Shown here piece by piece: positions 41,242 to 54,296 of a stretch of 64,000 nucleotides of DNA. Origin of the DNA: Azolla caroliniana (Eukaryota > Plantae > Polypodiophyta); contig JBHGNT010000006.1 in NCBI GenBank assembly GCA_043228905.1, positions 5,456,001 through 5,520,000 on the forward strand. The letters are read 5' to 3'. The notes under the pieces were generated by a model, which saw only the letters and a list, made by a program, of their open reading frames with translations, was not told the DNA's origin and did no database searches. The translations under genes were made by a program, and so were the position numbers. The stretch's first letter is position 1. Each line of letters begins with the position of its first letter.

Positions 41242-44200
41242 GGTGTTGTCCAGAGGACAGAAATGTAAAATTAGGAAATTAGCAAACGCCGAGTCCGAGT
41301 ATCACGGGCCACCGATGGCTCGGCTGTGTGTTAGGGGAAAAGTTATTTAAACGAGGAGCAGTACCTCAGAAGGAGAGAGAAAAATATAGGCGGAAGCACT
41401 AGCTTAGTCATTCGTAATTAGATAAACTCGTAAGGTCACCGGCCATAGGCCGTGTTCTATAACCCTTTTCTGCCATAGTAATATATCTTAATTGTGCCTA
41501 TTTGTGTTGCATCAGTCTGTGGTTCGATCTATACCTATGAGTTTCACGCCGCCACGTCTATCAAAACCTCGCTAGTGTTTTCTCTCTGAGCCCTGTATCT
41601 CTCTCGACGCCTCTGTACGAGCCTTCACGTACCACGCCCTTGAAGACCAATAGACGCAGATCTATCGAAGGTGTTCACCCAAAGGAACGGGTAACACTAC
41701 GTATAGGATATTAAAGGCCTTCGATTAGAAAGGGACATTGTTTAGATAGGTCCAACGAAAATATATTGAATTATAAGTAGGAAAGTAATATATTCACTCA
41801 ACTATAGTTCTCAATTGTTATATTATATCATTTGCATAAACACCACTAATGAGAGAATTACTCACACTTACAAACTTGTTTCTATATCCCCCCTACTATC
41901 TATCTATCATTGTGGGGATATGCTCTAGGCGAATATATGCATGATGTTATTGTGGATCGAGTTTGGAGATTGCGTTTTCTCCCGTCTCTTCTCTATTATG
42001 CAGTGGTGGTGGTCCACCTTGTAAAATTCTCTAGGCTTGTGCACGTCTTTTCCCCAAGCGTTGTTTAAAGTGTACGAGATGTGACCATATCCGATCAAAG
42101 AACAAATCATTTAAACCAAAATCAAGTGAGCATTGTGGCATGTTTCTCTTGCAAGCATATTGAGGTGTTAGACCACTAGTGTTGGTGACAATTATCACGG
42201 AAACCCTTGAGCATAGAAGAATAACTTGTCCACTCCTAAAAAATGGCTTCACAACATCACCACCACCAAAGATCCATGATACAAAGAGTGAGAACGGCGA
42301 CAATACCCTTGAGATGGCAATGTTAATAGGTAAAAGAGCTTGCAAATTAATACAAAAATATTTATAGTCCCTCCTTTCCATAGTAAGGTAAATAATGTGG
42401 AGTCACAAACCTAGCATATGGAAACTCCCAAAGAAAAGTAAGACAAAACATGCTTGAAGTGAGCCAATTTGTTTAGATAGAGCATGTTATATGTTTGTTA
42501 GTGACAATTTTTTCTTTTGTAGTACATGTATCCATATAGAATCAAATAAACAATACTCTTCATGTAATAACCCTCCTCGGATATCAACAAAGAGGAAACT
42601 TCACTCAAAATTATAGATATATATGTATAACCAAGGTTGAACCTTGGACCATATCAAGATGACCATCAAGCACATAATTTGAGTACAAATACAAGTCAAT
42701 CTATTGGTCTATGACAATATGACATAAACAATGCTACATCAAATGAAAGTTATCTTAATGATCTTAGCAATATAGTCTACCAAATTAAATATCTTAACAA
42801 AATTATAAGAAGAAGAGACTTTTGGATTGTTCTTCAATTGCCAACCTTCCATTTGAAAAATATATTTGTATTCTCCATATTCTTTGTCTTATATATTTAT
42901 TTATTTACTTTTATATCTATTGGCAAGTAGTCCACTATTCTAACTAAATAAATGCAGCTTCGGCAACTGGGATGAAAGAATCACTACAAAATTTGTCCTA
43001 TGAGAGTATTACCATATTCGAGTTTCTAATACCAAGAAGATTCATCTACATTCCATTGTCTTGGAAAGGAAAACCCCCATCATTTCCTTTAAAAGTGTTG
43101 CTTGTAAAACCTTATAATGTCTTTAAAAAAATATGGATATACATCATTCCCCTTAAAAGTGTTACTTATAAAGTCTTGAAAAAACATGGATATACATGAA
43201 GGAGAGAAATTCTATAACCACGTTGATTTTAGTCAACTTATGGATCACAATCTTTTCCAACTGGGGATGTGCTCAAGTCCATCTTGGTCTCCTTTTGTGT
43301 AGTATCTTAGTCTCCATTGTGAGAATGAGGCAATCTACAAATTTGATTAGATGAAAATTTATTAGAAATCTTCAACAAAAAAGAAAACATCAAGTTTTAC
43401 ATTTTAGAATGCATAACTCTACCTTTAGAATAAATTTCGAATTTGTTCTTAAAGGGAGAATACTAGCTCTGCACGCAACATATGAAGCACTAACGTCCAA
43501 ACTTAGTAGAGTATGGTCACTACTATGATATTTTATGTTCTTGAAGTCACACAAGGTTTCATAAGCTGATGGTAATTGAATAACATCTCTTTTCGTGATC
43601 AGTGAACAATACTGTGAGTGATAAATTCAATGTATTCAAATCATAGATGGTGAAATAGTTTTTGAAATTCACATATTCATAATTCTACATAATGGTGTAT
43701 GTTCTCGAGAGGTAATATAGAAAACACCCCTCATATCAAGGCACAATCAACTCTACCCCTTGATAATAATAACGTAAAAATACTTGTAATACCCATAACG
43801 TAGAAAGTAAGATTTAAAATAACGAGTTTCCTTTTCAAGACAGACTAATTTCTTTTTTTTTGTTGTGAGAAGTATTATGTATGTAGGAATTCTTCTTGTG
43901 AATAAGATAACTATTTACCTTAAAAAGTATGCATCAATTATTCTATGTTGCCATAATAACAAAGAGAGATATAAATCATTCCATGTTGTACCAAGCATGT
44001 GCAAATGGTCTGAAATTCTGAATATTAATTGGGATTCAATGTAGGATTGGATATCATAAAAGGGAGACTTCGTCAAATTGTCATAGTGCTCTTCCACGAG
44101 CATCAATTAATAATATAATAGAATCATGTTTGTAGCGTGATTAGCTAATGCTAAAAATCAAGGTGACTTCTACAAAATGTTTTTGATTTTAACATCTCCA

Positions 44201-44422
44201 TCAAATCTGAATCGAACATTACATTGTTGTTCTAAAGCACAACCTTCGCATAAACATTGTCACAATATTTTAACATCCAAAAACAATTATATGAACAAGC
44301 GTTTTGTCAAGTCAATGTTCTTTTATTGTGGAAAATATGTTTGATGGGTCTCAAACAATGCTTTGTACATAAAAACATACATGTTAAACCGCACGAGTCA
44401 ATGGGTACTCTTAGCCTGAAGA

Positions 44423-44829
44423 TTCCAATGCATCTATCTATGGGTATCAAAGGTAATTCATAGTCATACCAAACATGGAACTTGATTGCATTGGGAACCA
44501 TATCTATTCTCAACATGAGTTAGAGCAGGACATCAAATGTTCATATGGGTCACATCTCCTTGTTAGATTAGTTGTCAATACAACCATCCATGCACCTATC
44601 TATTCTCACCATCGATATGATTTCACACTCCAATGAATCTATCTATGGGCATCAAAGCTAATTCGTGGTCATAGCAAACATGGAACTTGATTGCATTGGG
44701 GGGCATCTAAATTCTTAACACGAGTTAGAGCATGGCATCAATTTTCATAGTCAAAATGCTCATATGGGCCAAATCTCCTTGTTAGACTAGTTGTCAAGAC
44801 AACCATCCATGCACCTATCTATTCTCACC
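44423..44829. repeat. About 200-bp tandem duplication
   Basis: TCCAATG.ATCTATCTATGGG.ATCAAAG...CAACCATCCATGCACCTATCTATTCTCACCA occurs twice. Confidence 0.85.
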
Positions 44830-45529
44830 AAGGATTATATTACAAGCCTCGTGAATCTAGAATTTGATGGTATCTAGGTCCCACTAAAGGGAAAGTTTCC
44901 CTTTGACAACTTGAACAACCCCATGCAAACTCAAAACCCTTTGATGAATAATAGGTTATAGTCACACAACACCATGGATATAGGCGTCAGATATCGTATT
45001 ATGGGATAATGGATCCCATTGAATATTATTTTATTGGATATTACAATGACCCAATCTATAATTGGATCATATCCAAACTTAAGTCATTCACAAATATTCT
45101 TCACCTATTCAAGTATTTATACCAAATCAACACCTGAAAGCATGAAGAGAGCCTACCACACTTTATTATTGGAGCATACATATGATATTTGTCTTCTCTT
45201 ACCATTTCCACTATATATATTCTATAAATTTTGAATGTACAATAATGTATTTTTCTTGTTGGTTTATCTTACCATATTTGGTTGCTCCACAATATACTAT
45301 CCATAGTATACACAAGGAATGGCATCACAATTTCTAATAATTTCCAAAATCACACGTACACAAAAACCACTCAACATCATGAGTTCCACAAATGTTTATC
45401 TTCTTTTAATAATCCATATTGATCTTACCTTCGAGATCATTAGTTAACTCTCAAATTAATTAACCCTTTGTAAGTACAGATATATTTATATATGCTCTTT
45501 ATTCAAGTTGAGCAACATTGTGTAAAAAG

Positions 45530-46150
45530 ATGCACACACCATGGGCAAGATCTTGAAGCAGTGAAGTGTTTTGAACATATGCAAAGCGAGGGGCTTTCTC
45601 CTTATGTGATCTCATTCATTTGCATTTTAAAGGCTTGTGGAAACATAGGAGCTCTATTCAAGGGTAAACAAATGCACAATATAATTCTAAGCTCGAGGTT
45701 GCTGAAAATTGATTTTATGCTTAGAAATAACTTAGTGAATATGTATTCTCAAAGGACAACATTTGCATGCAAAGGCCATCAAAGTTGTTTTTGATGGAAA
45801 TGTGGTCGTGGGAAACTCTTTGATTCATATCTACAAAAAATGTGGTTTGATAATGGAAGCAAGAAGGATCTGTGATAGCATTTCACGAAATGTGATTGCA
45901 TCTGGATATGCTGACTATGGGCTCGAAAAGCAAGTGTTCTATTGCCTGGAGCAAATGCACAATCTCTAACAAGGCAGAACATGGAGATCACAAAAACAAG
46001 TGCTCTTATTGAGATGTATGCAAACAATGGAAGTATACTTGAAACTCAACAAGTCTTTGCTATAGGACAAGCAATAAGTCTTACTGAATGAACTAGTTTA
46101 ATTTCAGGATATGCTCAAAATGAAGAAACAATACATAAAACACTTAGCAC
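45530..46150 (+). pseudogene. PPR (PLS-class) gene relic
   Basis: EAVKCFEHMQSEGLSPYVISFICILKACGNIGALFKGKQMH; NVVVGNSLIHIYKKCGLIMEARR; SALIEMYANNGS; LISGYAQN. Frameshifted. Confidence 0.8.
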
Positions 46151-46176
46151 TATGATGATTTGAATGGACTGGTTTA

Positions 46177-46735
46177 TTTATTTATTTATTTCCCCCCCCA
46201 AAAAAACTCCTTCCATTAGTTAGAAAATTTTACAAACGAGACGATTATGTACAAATCCCTGTAGGGACGCGATAGTTCCATCTTATGTGGATGCCCACTG
46301 ACTCAATAAAGGGAGAGGACGACCATTGTTGGATGAAGGCTATTCGTTGTCTATGAATTTAGTGTTGGCTTGATCTTGTAGTGGCTGTGACATAAACCAT
46401 CGCCAACATTCTATGCTTTTTCCTGGACCTTCTGCAATGTATCCCCATGACAACCCCTTACGTGATCCCAGTAGTTTATTAGATTCATCCTTGATACATG
46501 GGTTCCATAGGATATGTTGACTGAGCTAGGCAGGTTTGGAACTCGGTTGATCGCACTTGAACCTTCTGCAATGTATCCCCATGACAACCCCTTACGTGAT
46601 CCCAATAGTTGATTAGATTCATCCTTGATACATGGGTTCCATAGGATACGTCGACTGAGCCAGGTAGGTTCGGAACTTGGTTGATCGCACTTGAGCCCTT
46701 GTCTAATGTCACACCATGCCTTCCACATGGATGCA
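46177..46735 (-). mobile_element. 5'-truncated LINE insertion with a (TAAA)n tail and a 17-bp TSD
   Basis: TSD TTGAATGGACT(G/A)GTTTA at 46160-46176 and 46736-46752. TTTA repeats at the left (3') end. L1-like peptide WKAWCDIRQGL...ILWNPCI. Internal 134-bp duplication (46427-46560 / 46561-46694). Confidence 0.7.
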
Positions 46736-48119
46736 TTGAATGGACTAGTTTAATTTCGGGATATGCTCAAAATGAAGAAACTGTACAGAAAACACTTAGC
46801 ACAACATATGTATAGTGTTAACTTTAATTTTAATACCAATGGAGGATATTTTTTATGAAAAAAGAAGATGCACAAACCATAAGAATAAATACAAATAGAG
46901 GAGAGATCAAATTTGGAACATTATTATATATAAATTTGATAGTGTTATAGAGGTAAACTTTGTGTTTTTTGCAATGTCAAGGAGAGATAGCGTGTTCAAG
47001 AATTAAATCAAGCAAAATGGATTTGATACGATAATATTTTTATATCGTTTACCATGCACATATATGTCATCCTCCGACATAGTGATTTGCAATTGCACAT
47101 TCCAAACCCAAACTTTTCATGCACGTCATTGCTCCATGGCTATAAAATTGGCTTTACAAATCCACGTTCAATCATATAATGATAAAAAAGAGAATCACAG
47201 CTTCGAATATTGATTTCACACAATTTTACTGTCGTGGCTCATATGTTTAAAAAAGCAGTAGCAACTGCCTTTTGTTTTAAATCGTGGTGGGCTAAAAACA
47301 TTGCACTTAACTTTAGATCATGCTAGTAGCTACCACTTCACACCTCAACTTTGGCACTATGATTTCACTTTCCACAACTGAACACCATATTGTTGCCTTT
47401 AGAGGGTGTGACCACTAAGGCAAAACCCTAAACCCTACTTCTTCACAAAGAACATCTTTACCACAATCCAAGAATTGAAGTAGGAGCATTTTGTTATACA
47501 TTTTTTATTGCATGCAAAGCATGGTATGGTCATTGCCATGTGTTTTATAACGAGTCTAGTTTGAGAACTAGCATAAAAAATGCAATCGTCATAAAATAAG
47601 AGAAAGGGTGTAAGACCCACCTCCTCTGATCAACTCATCTCATCAACTTTGAAAGGTTTGCTACCATGAAAAGGAAGGGTTTATAAGGCGAATACCTTAG
47701 AAAATTTCAGGAAATTCTCAAAATACCCCTAATAATTTTAGAAATTGTCATGAAATACCCCTCTAAGAGCACCCCCAACATTTGAAGGAGTTCTTTTTTA
47801 CAAGGGGTAGGGGTACTAAGGAGATTTTCAAAAAGTAAGGGAAGGGGTATTTGGAAAAGGAAGCGTTTCCAAGGCCTTCTTCCCCCGAGGGAGACACTAG
47901 TGCGCAGTTTTTTGTTTAAATTTAAAAAAAGAAAAAGAAAAAATTGAAAAAATTAAATTAAAGTATTAATGATTTACAGAAAAACAGGGGAGGGGAGGGG
48001 CTCTGAAATCTATGTAATGAATGGGATGGGATTTTATAATTTATTTTATATTAAATTAATTGATTTGTTCTTGATTGATGGTATTAACCTGATTTAAAAA
48101 AATCAGATTAAAAGAGAAA

Positions 48120-48168
48120 TCAAAATAAATAAAATGATTTAATATAAATAAATAAATAAATGAATGAA

Positions 48169-48207
<39 letters not shown>

Positions 48208-48290
48208 ATGAATAAATAAATAAATGAATGAATAAATGAATGAATAAATAAATAAATAAATAAACAAATAAATAAATAAATAAATAAAAT
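48120..48290. repeat. (TAAA)n/(TGAA)n microsatellite
   Basis: Directly visible. Confidence 0.95.
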
Positions 48291-49016
48291 GATGGAGAGG
48301 TCATGGTAAGCAGAGAAGCTATAATGGCTGTCTGTCTGTCTCTCTGGAGGCCTTTCTGATTCTGCCATTCCCAACTCCTCTGTTTCTCCTCTGCTTTTTC
48401 TTTGTTCTGTTTTGTTCTGCCCTTCCAGAGATCATAAACCTAGTTTTCTCTCTCTCCCTCTCTCTTTCTGAGCACTCATTATTGAAAACAGAACAAAAAA
48501 AAAAAAACAAAACAAAGGAATTAAGGAAGGAAGAAGGAAAGGAATAGTACCAACCAATCCATTGGAATTTGGAATCCCGTTTCATTTATTCTTCAATTCT
48601 TCTATTACTATTATTTCTAATCCTCCATATCCACGACTCCACATCAATCATCATCATCATTCGGCATCTCATCCATTGCTCTGTCCTTTCGCCTAACTGC
48701 GCCTGTGCCGGCCAATAATCAATCCTTCCTTCTCCCAACATAGCCGGAGAATATCATGCAAAACAGACGATTTTATAGATGCGTTTTTTATTCCTTTGAT
48801 GGGGTTTAGGGTTTTAAGGTCTAGGGTTTTGTGTGTCTGGTGGTAAGGGGATTAAGGGTTTGATTGAGAAATCGTTATTGTTGATGGGTTTAGGATTTAG
48901 TGGCAAATTTTGTTTATTATTCCTAGATAATAAGGAGTAAGGTTTGATAGAAAATTTGGCCTTGCTGATTGTTTTAGGGTTTAAGGTTATTGTTTAGGGT
49001 TTAGGATTCTGATAAG

Positions 49017-52000
49017 ATGAAATCAAGCAAGAAGCTCCACGGTTCCAAAGCTCCCATTGGGATTGTTGAGAGTGTTGTGGTGGCAGTGAATGTAACTAAA
49101 GAAGAGATGACCAAACATGCGTTAGAGTGGACTTTGAGCAACATAGTTCAAGCAGGAGACCACATTACGATTGTTGCTCTGCTACAAGGAGGAGCAACGG
49201 GACATGGTGAGTAACATCATCTCTGCGAGTATGTTTAACTCACTCTACTCTATAACCCTTACATGCAGATGCATAATTTTCCTTCTCTATACATGGGTTT
49301 AGGGTTTAGGGGATGTGCATGTAGCATGTGTATTTGCTCTCTCCATTGCTATATGTTTTATACGTGGATGTGGATGTGCCTGTGTATCATCTATATGTAT
49401 ATGTATCATGCATGTGTGATCCGATGTAAGTTTCATTTCTGTGCTACTGTTTTGTTAGGAAGAAGGCTATGGGGCTTGCCTTGGCTAGCAGGGGACTGTG
49501 CAAATAGAGCAAGTAGAGGAGTTAAAAGAAGAGTTGAAGAAGTGATGGAGGACCTTTACCCTCGCACCATGCGAGAGCTCCATGCTCTCTGTGATGCCAA
49601 ACAGGTCTGGTATCTCTCTCCTGAGTCTTTCTTTCTATGTGTGAGAGAATATAATTTTGCATTTGAATTTACTTAATTCAATACATGGCTAATATAACAG
49701 GTCACCGTGAGTGTAAGAGTAGTTCCTTGTAACTCTAAAGGAGCCGTTTCCATGGAAGCTCAGAAAGTTGGAGCAACTTGGGTTGTCCTAGACAGGCATA
49801 CTTTGCTTACTTATTCTTGTAAATTTGTAGTTCTTTTCATGTGGATTTCCTAGTCTTGACTTTGTTTGAATGTTTTCTTCTGGCAGCCAGGTGAAGAAAG
49901 AAGAAGGAAAGAGGTGTATGGATGATCTTCAATGCAATCTAGTGGTGGTTATGAAGGGGGATGATGCAAAAATTCTTCGGATCAACCTTCGCTCAAGTAA
50001 ATGTAAAACCGCTCATCCTAATCTTCATAAAAATCAGGTTGCTGAAACACATTCAACGGCTGGAAATCCCCGGCAAACAACCGCGTGTTACGGTGATCCA
50101 CGCTCCCTGATTCGCAGGATTGCAGAAGAAGAAGGAGAAGGCACTTCCTTAAGCAGTCCTGAAGTGAGAACTCCTTTCACTGCCACTGACAAGGGCACTT
50201 CCTCGGCCACAAGTTCGGATCTAGGAACATCTCCTCTTATTGGGTTGGAGACAGTTTCACACTATGCAAAGCATGACCATTGTGGTTTGTCCATGTTGAT
50301 GAATGAAACAACATCTCCTAAGCTTGTGGGAGATGAGAAAAGCAAACTGCGTACAAGTCCCCCGACGATGGTACAATCTGATACTGATTCTGAGTACGAG
50401 ATCCTTGCTAGGGATGAAGAATCTAGTGGTCATGAATCTTCCGAAGCCACTAATGCTGGTTGTCGGGATTCACTCAGCTCAAGGGATACTCTAGATTCCA
50501 TTCCTCATCCAATGTGGCAAGATTATAGCATAGAAAATGGTAACGTCTCTCTTTTTCGCTGATTTTTAGTCATCATTGTTTCAATACATGAGATAATCCC
50601 TTCTTTGTGATTGATTTTTCATATCGTAGAGCACAACGAAGGCCCATGGATGATGCACATGACCAAGACAAGACTCGATTCTGGCAGCGTCACTCGGAAA
50701 TTGGTTGTACCCTCTCAGCTAGGGAGATCTTCTACACCTGCATCTCCTTTAGGTGCATGTAAGAGAATACCGGGAAGATCTGCAGTTTCATTCAATTCTA
50801 GAGAACACCGCCATCTGCAAGGCATGCAGGCTCATCGGCAAATGCATGCTGGAAAATCCCTGCAACCCTCTGAAATCGAAAAGAGCAAATGGTCAAAGAG
50901 AATGCTAGCCATTGATGATCTGCTAGATAAGTTTTCTAGATGGAATCCTGATGACATTAGACTGAATTTAGAATTGGGAAGCTATGATGTCATGTCAAAT
51001 AATATGGATCTTGAAAGAACTTCGAGTGTGAGAAGGGCAGTGTTGTTATCTAAGAATGTGCCTCTGGGTCCTCCACCATTGTGCTCTATATGCCAACATA
51101 AGGGTCCAGTATTTGGAAAACCACCTCGAAGGTTTACTTTTGCTGACTTAGAGCTCGCTACCGGAGGCTTCTCCCAGGCAAACTTCCTTGCAGAAGGTGG
51201 GTATGGATGTGTACATAGAGGCGTTCTTCCGGATGGCCAAGCTGTGGCAGTGAAGCAACATAAGCTTGCTAGTTCCCAAGGGGATGTTGAGTTCTGCTCA
51301 GAGGTGGAAGTCTTAAGTTGTGCACAACATCGGAATGTTGTCATGCTCATTGGATATTGCATTGAAGACAAGCGACGGCTACTCGTATATGAGTTTGTCT
51401 GCAATGGGTCCCTTGACTCACATCTCTATGGTATTTGATTTTTTCTTTGATTTGAATGCTTGAGCGTAATCACACATTAATGGGTCAATTAGGCTGATGA
51501 GTTCATCATGATTACGTTAAATGGATCAAGTCGGCCAAAGATGGGTCCATTAACTTGCAAATGTCTGTGTGGTCTATCAATGTAGGATTTACATTAGGCT
51601 CCTAACAATCCCGATTGGCAACTGTGTCTTTAATAGGTGCTATGAGCATGAGTACTTCATAGATCATGATTCTTGTGCTTTGATAATATTTTGAAGGCAA
51701 GAAGGATAAGGGTTGTTTAGAATGGGCGGCTCGCCAAAAGGTTGCAGTTGGTGCAGCTCGTGGTCTAAGATACTTACATGAGGAATGCCGTGTTGGATGC
51801 ATCGTCCACCGTGACATGCGACCAAACAATATTCTTCTTACACATGATTTTGAACCAATGGTAACTTAATCCAATGATGCCTATTTTCACAAAGTGCTTC
51901 AATCATTGATGTACTATTGCTTTTATTAGGTAGGAGATTTTGGTTTAGCAAGATGGCAACCTGATGGTGACTTCGGGGTTCAGACTCGAGTTATTGGAAC

Positions 52001-53203
52001 TTTTGGGTGAGGATCTATTTCTCTTCATTTTCTAAAAACATCCTGAAATGTTTAACGCAGCAATTTCTTGACTAAATGAACACAGGTTCTTAGCACCTGA
52101 ATATGCTCAAAGTGGGCAAGTTACGGAGAAAGCTGATGTCTACTCGTTTGGAGTGGTACTATTGGAGCTCGTTACGGGTAGGAAGGCTGTTGATCTAAAT
52201 CGGCCAAAGGGCCAACAATGCTTAACTGAATGGGTGGGTGTTATTGCCATTTACAAACTAATCTTACTCATAGTTCTTCGTAAATGAATGAAACCCTGTA
52301 TATCATGTGAATATGTACATGGATATGCATTTGCAAATATGAAATAAAAGTAGTCAAGTATATATAATATGGATGTGCCATATATACCCAGGCCAGAATT
52401 TCCGTTGGGCACATAGTACCTATGTGAAACAAACCTTCATAGAAACTTTTTCTATAATGCCTTTTAACCTTTGGTGGCATGTGTTTGCAGGCACGCCCTT
52501 TACTTGAAGAACGAGCCACTGAGCAGTTGGTGGATCCTCTACTGAACGGTAGGTTTTCAGGTTGTGAGCTGCAGTGCATGCTGTATGCAGCATCTTTATG
52601 TATTCGAAAAGATCCACATCATCGCCCACGAATGTCGCAGGTATCACACTAAATTGTGCTCATTCTTTTTTACATTTTTGAAATTTTTTTAAATATCCGT
52701 AGGCATGAATTTTTAAATATTGCATATTGATCAGTATATGAATCATGCATTATTGGAGTTATTTGGAGTTAAATGATTTGTCTGTGAGCAATGGAGTGTA
52801 TCTAAAGTTGGATTTATATTTGTTCCAATATATACTCGATGTGAATAGCTTTGATTATTTGTGGATGGTAAAGGTCTTAAGGATACTCGAGGGTGATGTG
52901 GTGATTGACAAAGGTGGTTCTTCGTCAACACCATGCTATGGAAGGAACTTGGATTATGATGACAATACCTCATCAGGATATGGTAGCCAGAGTAGCAGAA
53001 TGTTCAATGAACGTGTGGTGAATAAAGTGACTAGGGGTCTTGCCCCTCCTTGGAGGATGAATTTCAATGCTTCTTTTGAACCTCGAGTTGAAAATAACAG
53101 TTGTGATGGGCGCGATTCTAACAAACTCTCATATGAAGCATTAAAAGCCGCATATAAGGATAAAAGCAACACTAGGAGACTCTCCTATGAAGACATTATG
53201 TAG
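49017..53203 (+). CDS. Cytoplasmic RLK/Pelle kinase with an N-terminal USP-like domain ('inactive protein kinase SELMODRAFT_444075'-like). Exons about 49017-49206, 49459-49604, 49701-49795, 49887-50539, 50630-51430, 51697-51860, 51930-52006, 52086-52233, 52491-52640, 52874-53203
   Basis: VVVAV...[17 protein letters not shown]; [17 protein letters not shown]; [25 protein letters not shown]; NFLAEGGYG; [13 protein letters not shown]; [11 protein letters not shown]; VGDFGLA; GTFGFLAPEY. Confidence 0.93.
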
Positions 53204-54296
53204 AGACTCTTCTACAAACGAATACACTGTCTACTTGTATACCTTTGTAATGTTTATGCCAAATTTTGCTCCTCCATTAATGTCTCTTTTCTTCCTTTTC
53301 CCCCTTGAGGAAAATGTAAATTTCTTTTATAATATACATAATTCAACCCAAATGTAATTCATATTTCAAATGTTCCCTCTATTGACATAATGCACATAGC
53401 ATATTCAGAGATGGTGCCTATCTGTAAAAGGAAGACAAAAGCTACTTACAAGAAAGGGGGTATTGATCAACAATCATTTGCTGATTGCTTCTTAACTAGT
53501 AATTGGGAATTTTCGAGGATAAGATTCTAAACTTCAAGTGTAATCTAATTAAAGCTTATAGTGGAATCATTTTAGGTCATCGTCTACTGTGTATTGTCAA
53601 ACTCTTGTACTTATTGAAGAGAGGCCACCGAAATTGCATACCAGAGATTGTATATAATGTGTACAAGCAAATAATGGAATCGATTGCCCATAGACTTTTG
53701 GGAGTTCTAGAAATACAATTTAAAAGGAGAGCTCAAGTTTTGGTAGTCTACATTTTGAGGTAGAGGTAAATATTCATCAAGATTTCAGTTCTTTAATATC
53801 AAGATTCAAAACTATATTTTGTATTTTTGGGAAAAAAAAAACTATATTTTGTGTGTTATTTTGGACTAAAAACTTAATTTAATGAAGGTATCAGAGCCCC
53901 AGATCTGGAAATTAAGCAAGTACAAAATACCTTTAATAAAATAGAAACATTTTATAGATTGGGATCTTGACTTAGTACAAAAACACCTTGACTTCTCAAT
54001 AATGGAATCGATACAAAAACACCTTGACTTAACAAAAAATTAGTGTAGACTAAAAACCTCCTAGTGCTTGACTTAAATAAACCACACGCATGTGTAATAA
54101 TGTTGTAGGCTTTTTGAAAGCCTTTATTCACTTATCATGAATAAAGAACATGATATAGTGGCTTTCTTTGAGCCTTCCACTATCTGCCCTTAGTCACAAG
54201 GTCGAGACCAATTTGTGCTCCACAATAAAAATGGTCAATGAAGTAACAATAATAATATAGTGATCCATGATTCTCTCGACTCTTCAATCGGCACCT

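Larger units (their letters stand above)
35085..41696 (+). mobile_element. Full-length Ty3/Gypsy LTR retrotransposon with no chromodomain visible; gag-pol disabled
   Basis: 453-bp LTRs at 35085-35537 and 41244-41696 (8 transitions apart). TSD CTACG at 35080-35084 and 41697-41701. PBS TGGCACGCCCGGT at 35543-35555. gag with CCHC knuckles, protease IIDGGSGVN, RT (VFLDDF), RH (YSTTEREAL) and integrase (HHCC; WGLDFVGP; SDQG; PQANGLVE) in Gypsy order. Confidence 0.97.

Noticed and set aside
53888-53898. GGTATCAGAGC, PBS-Met-like
   Set aside because: No adjacent LTR end or retroelement coding sequence.
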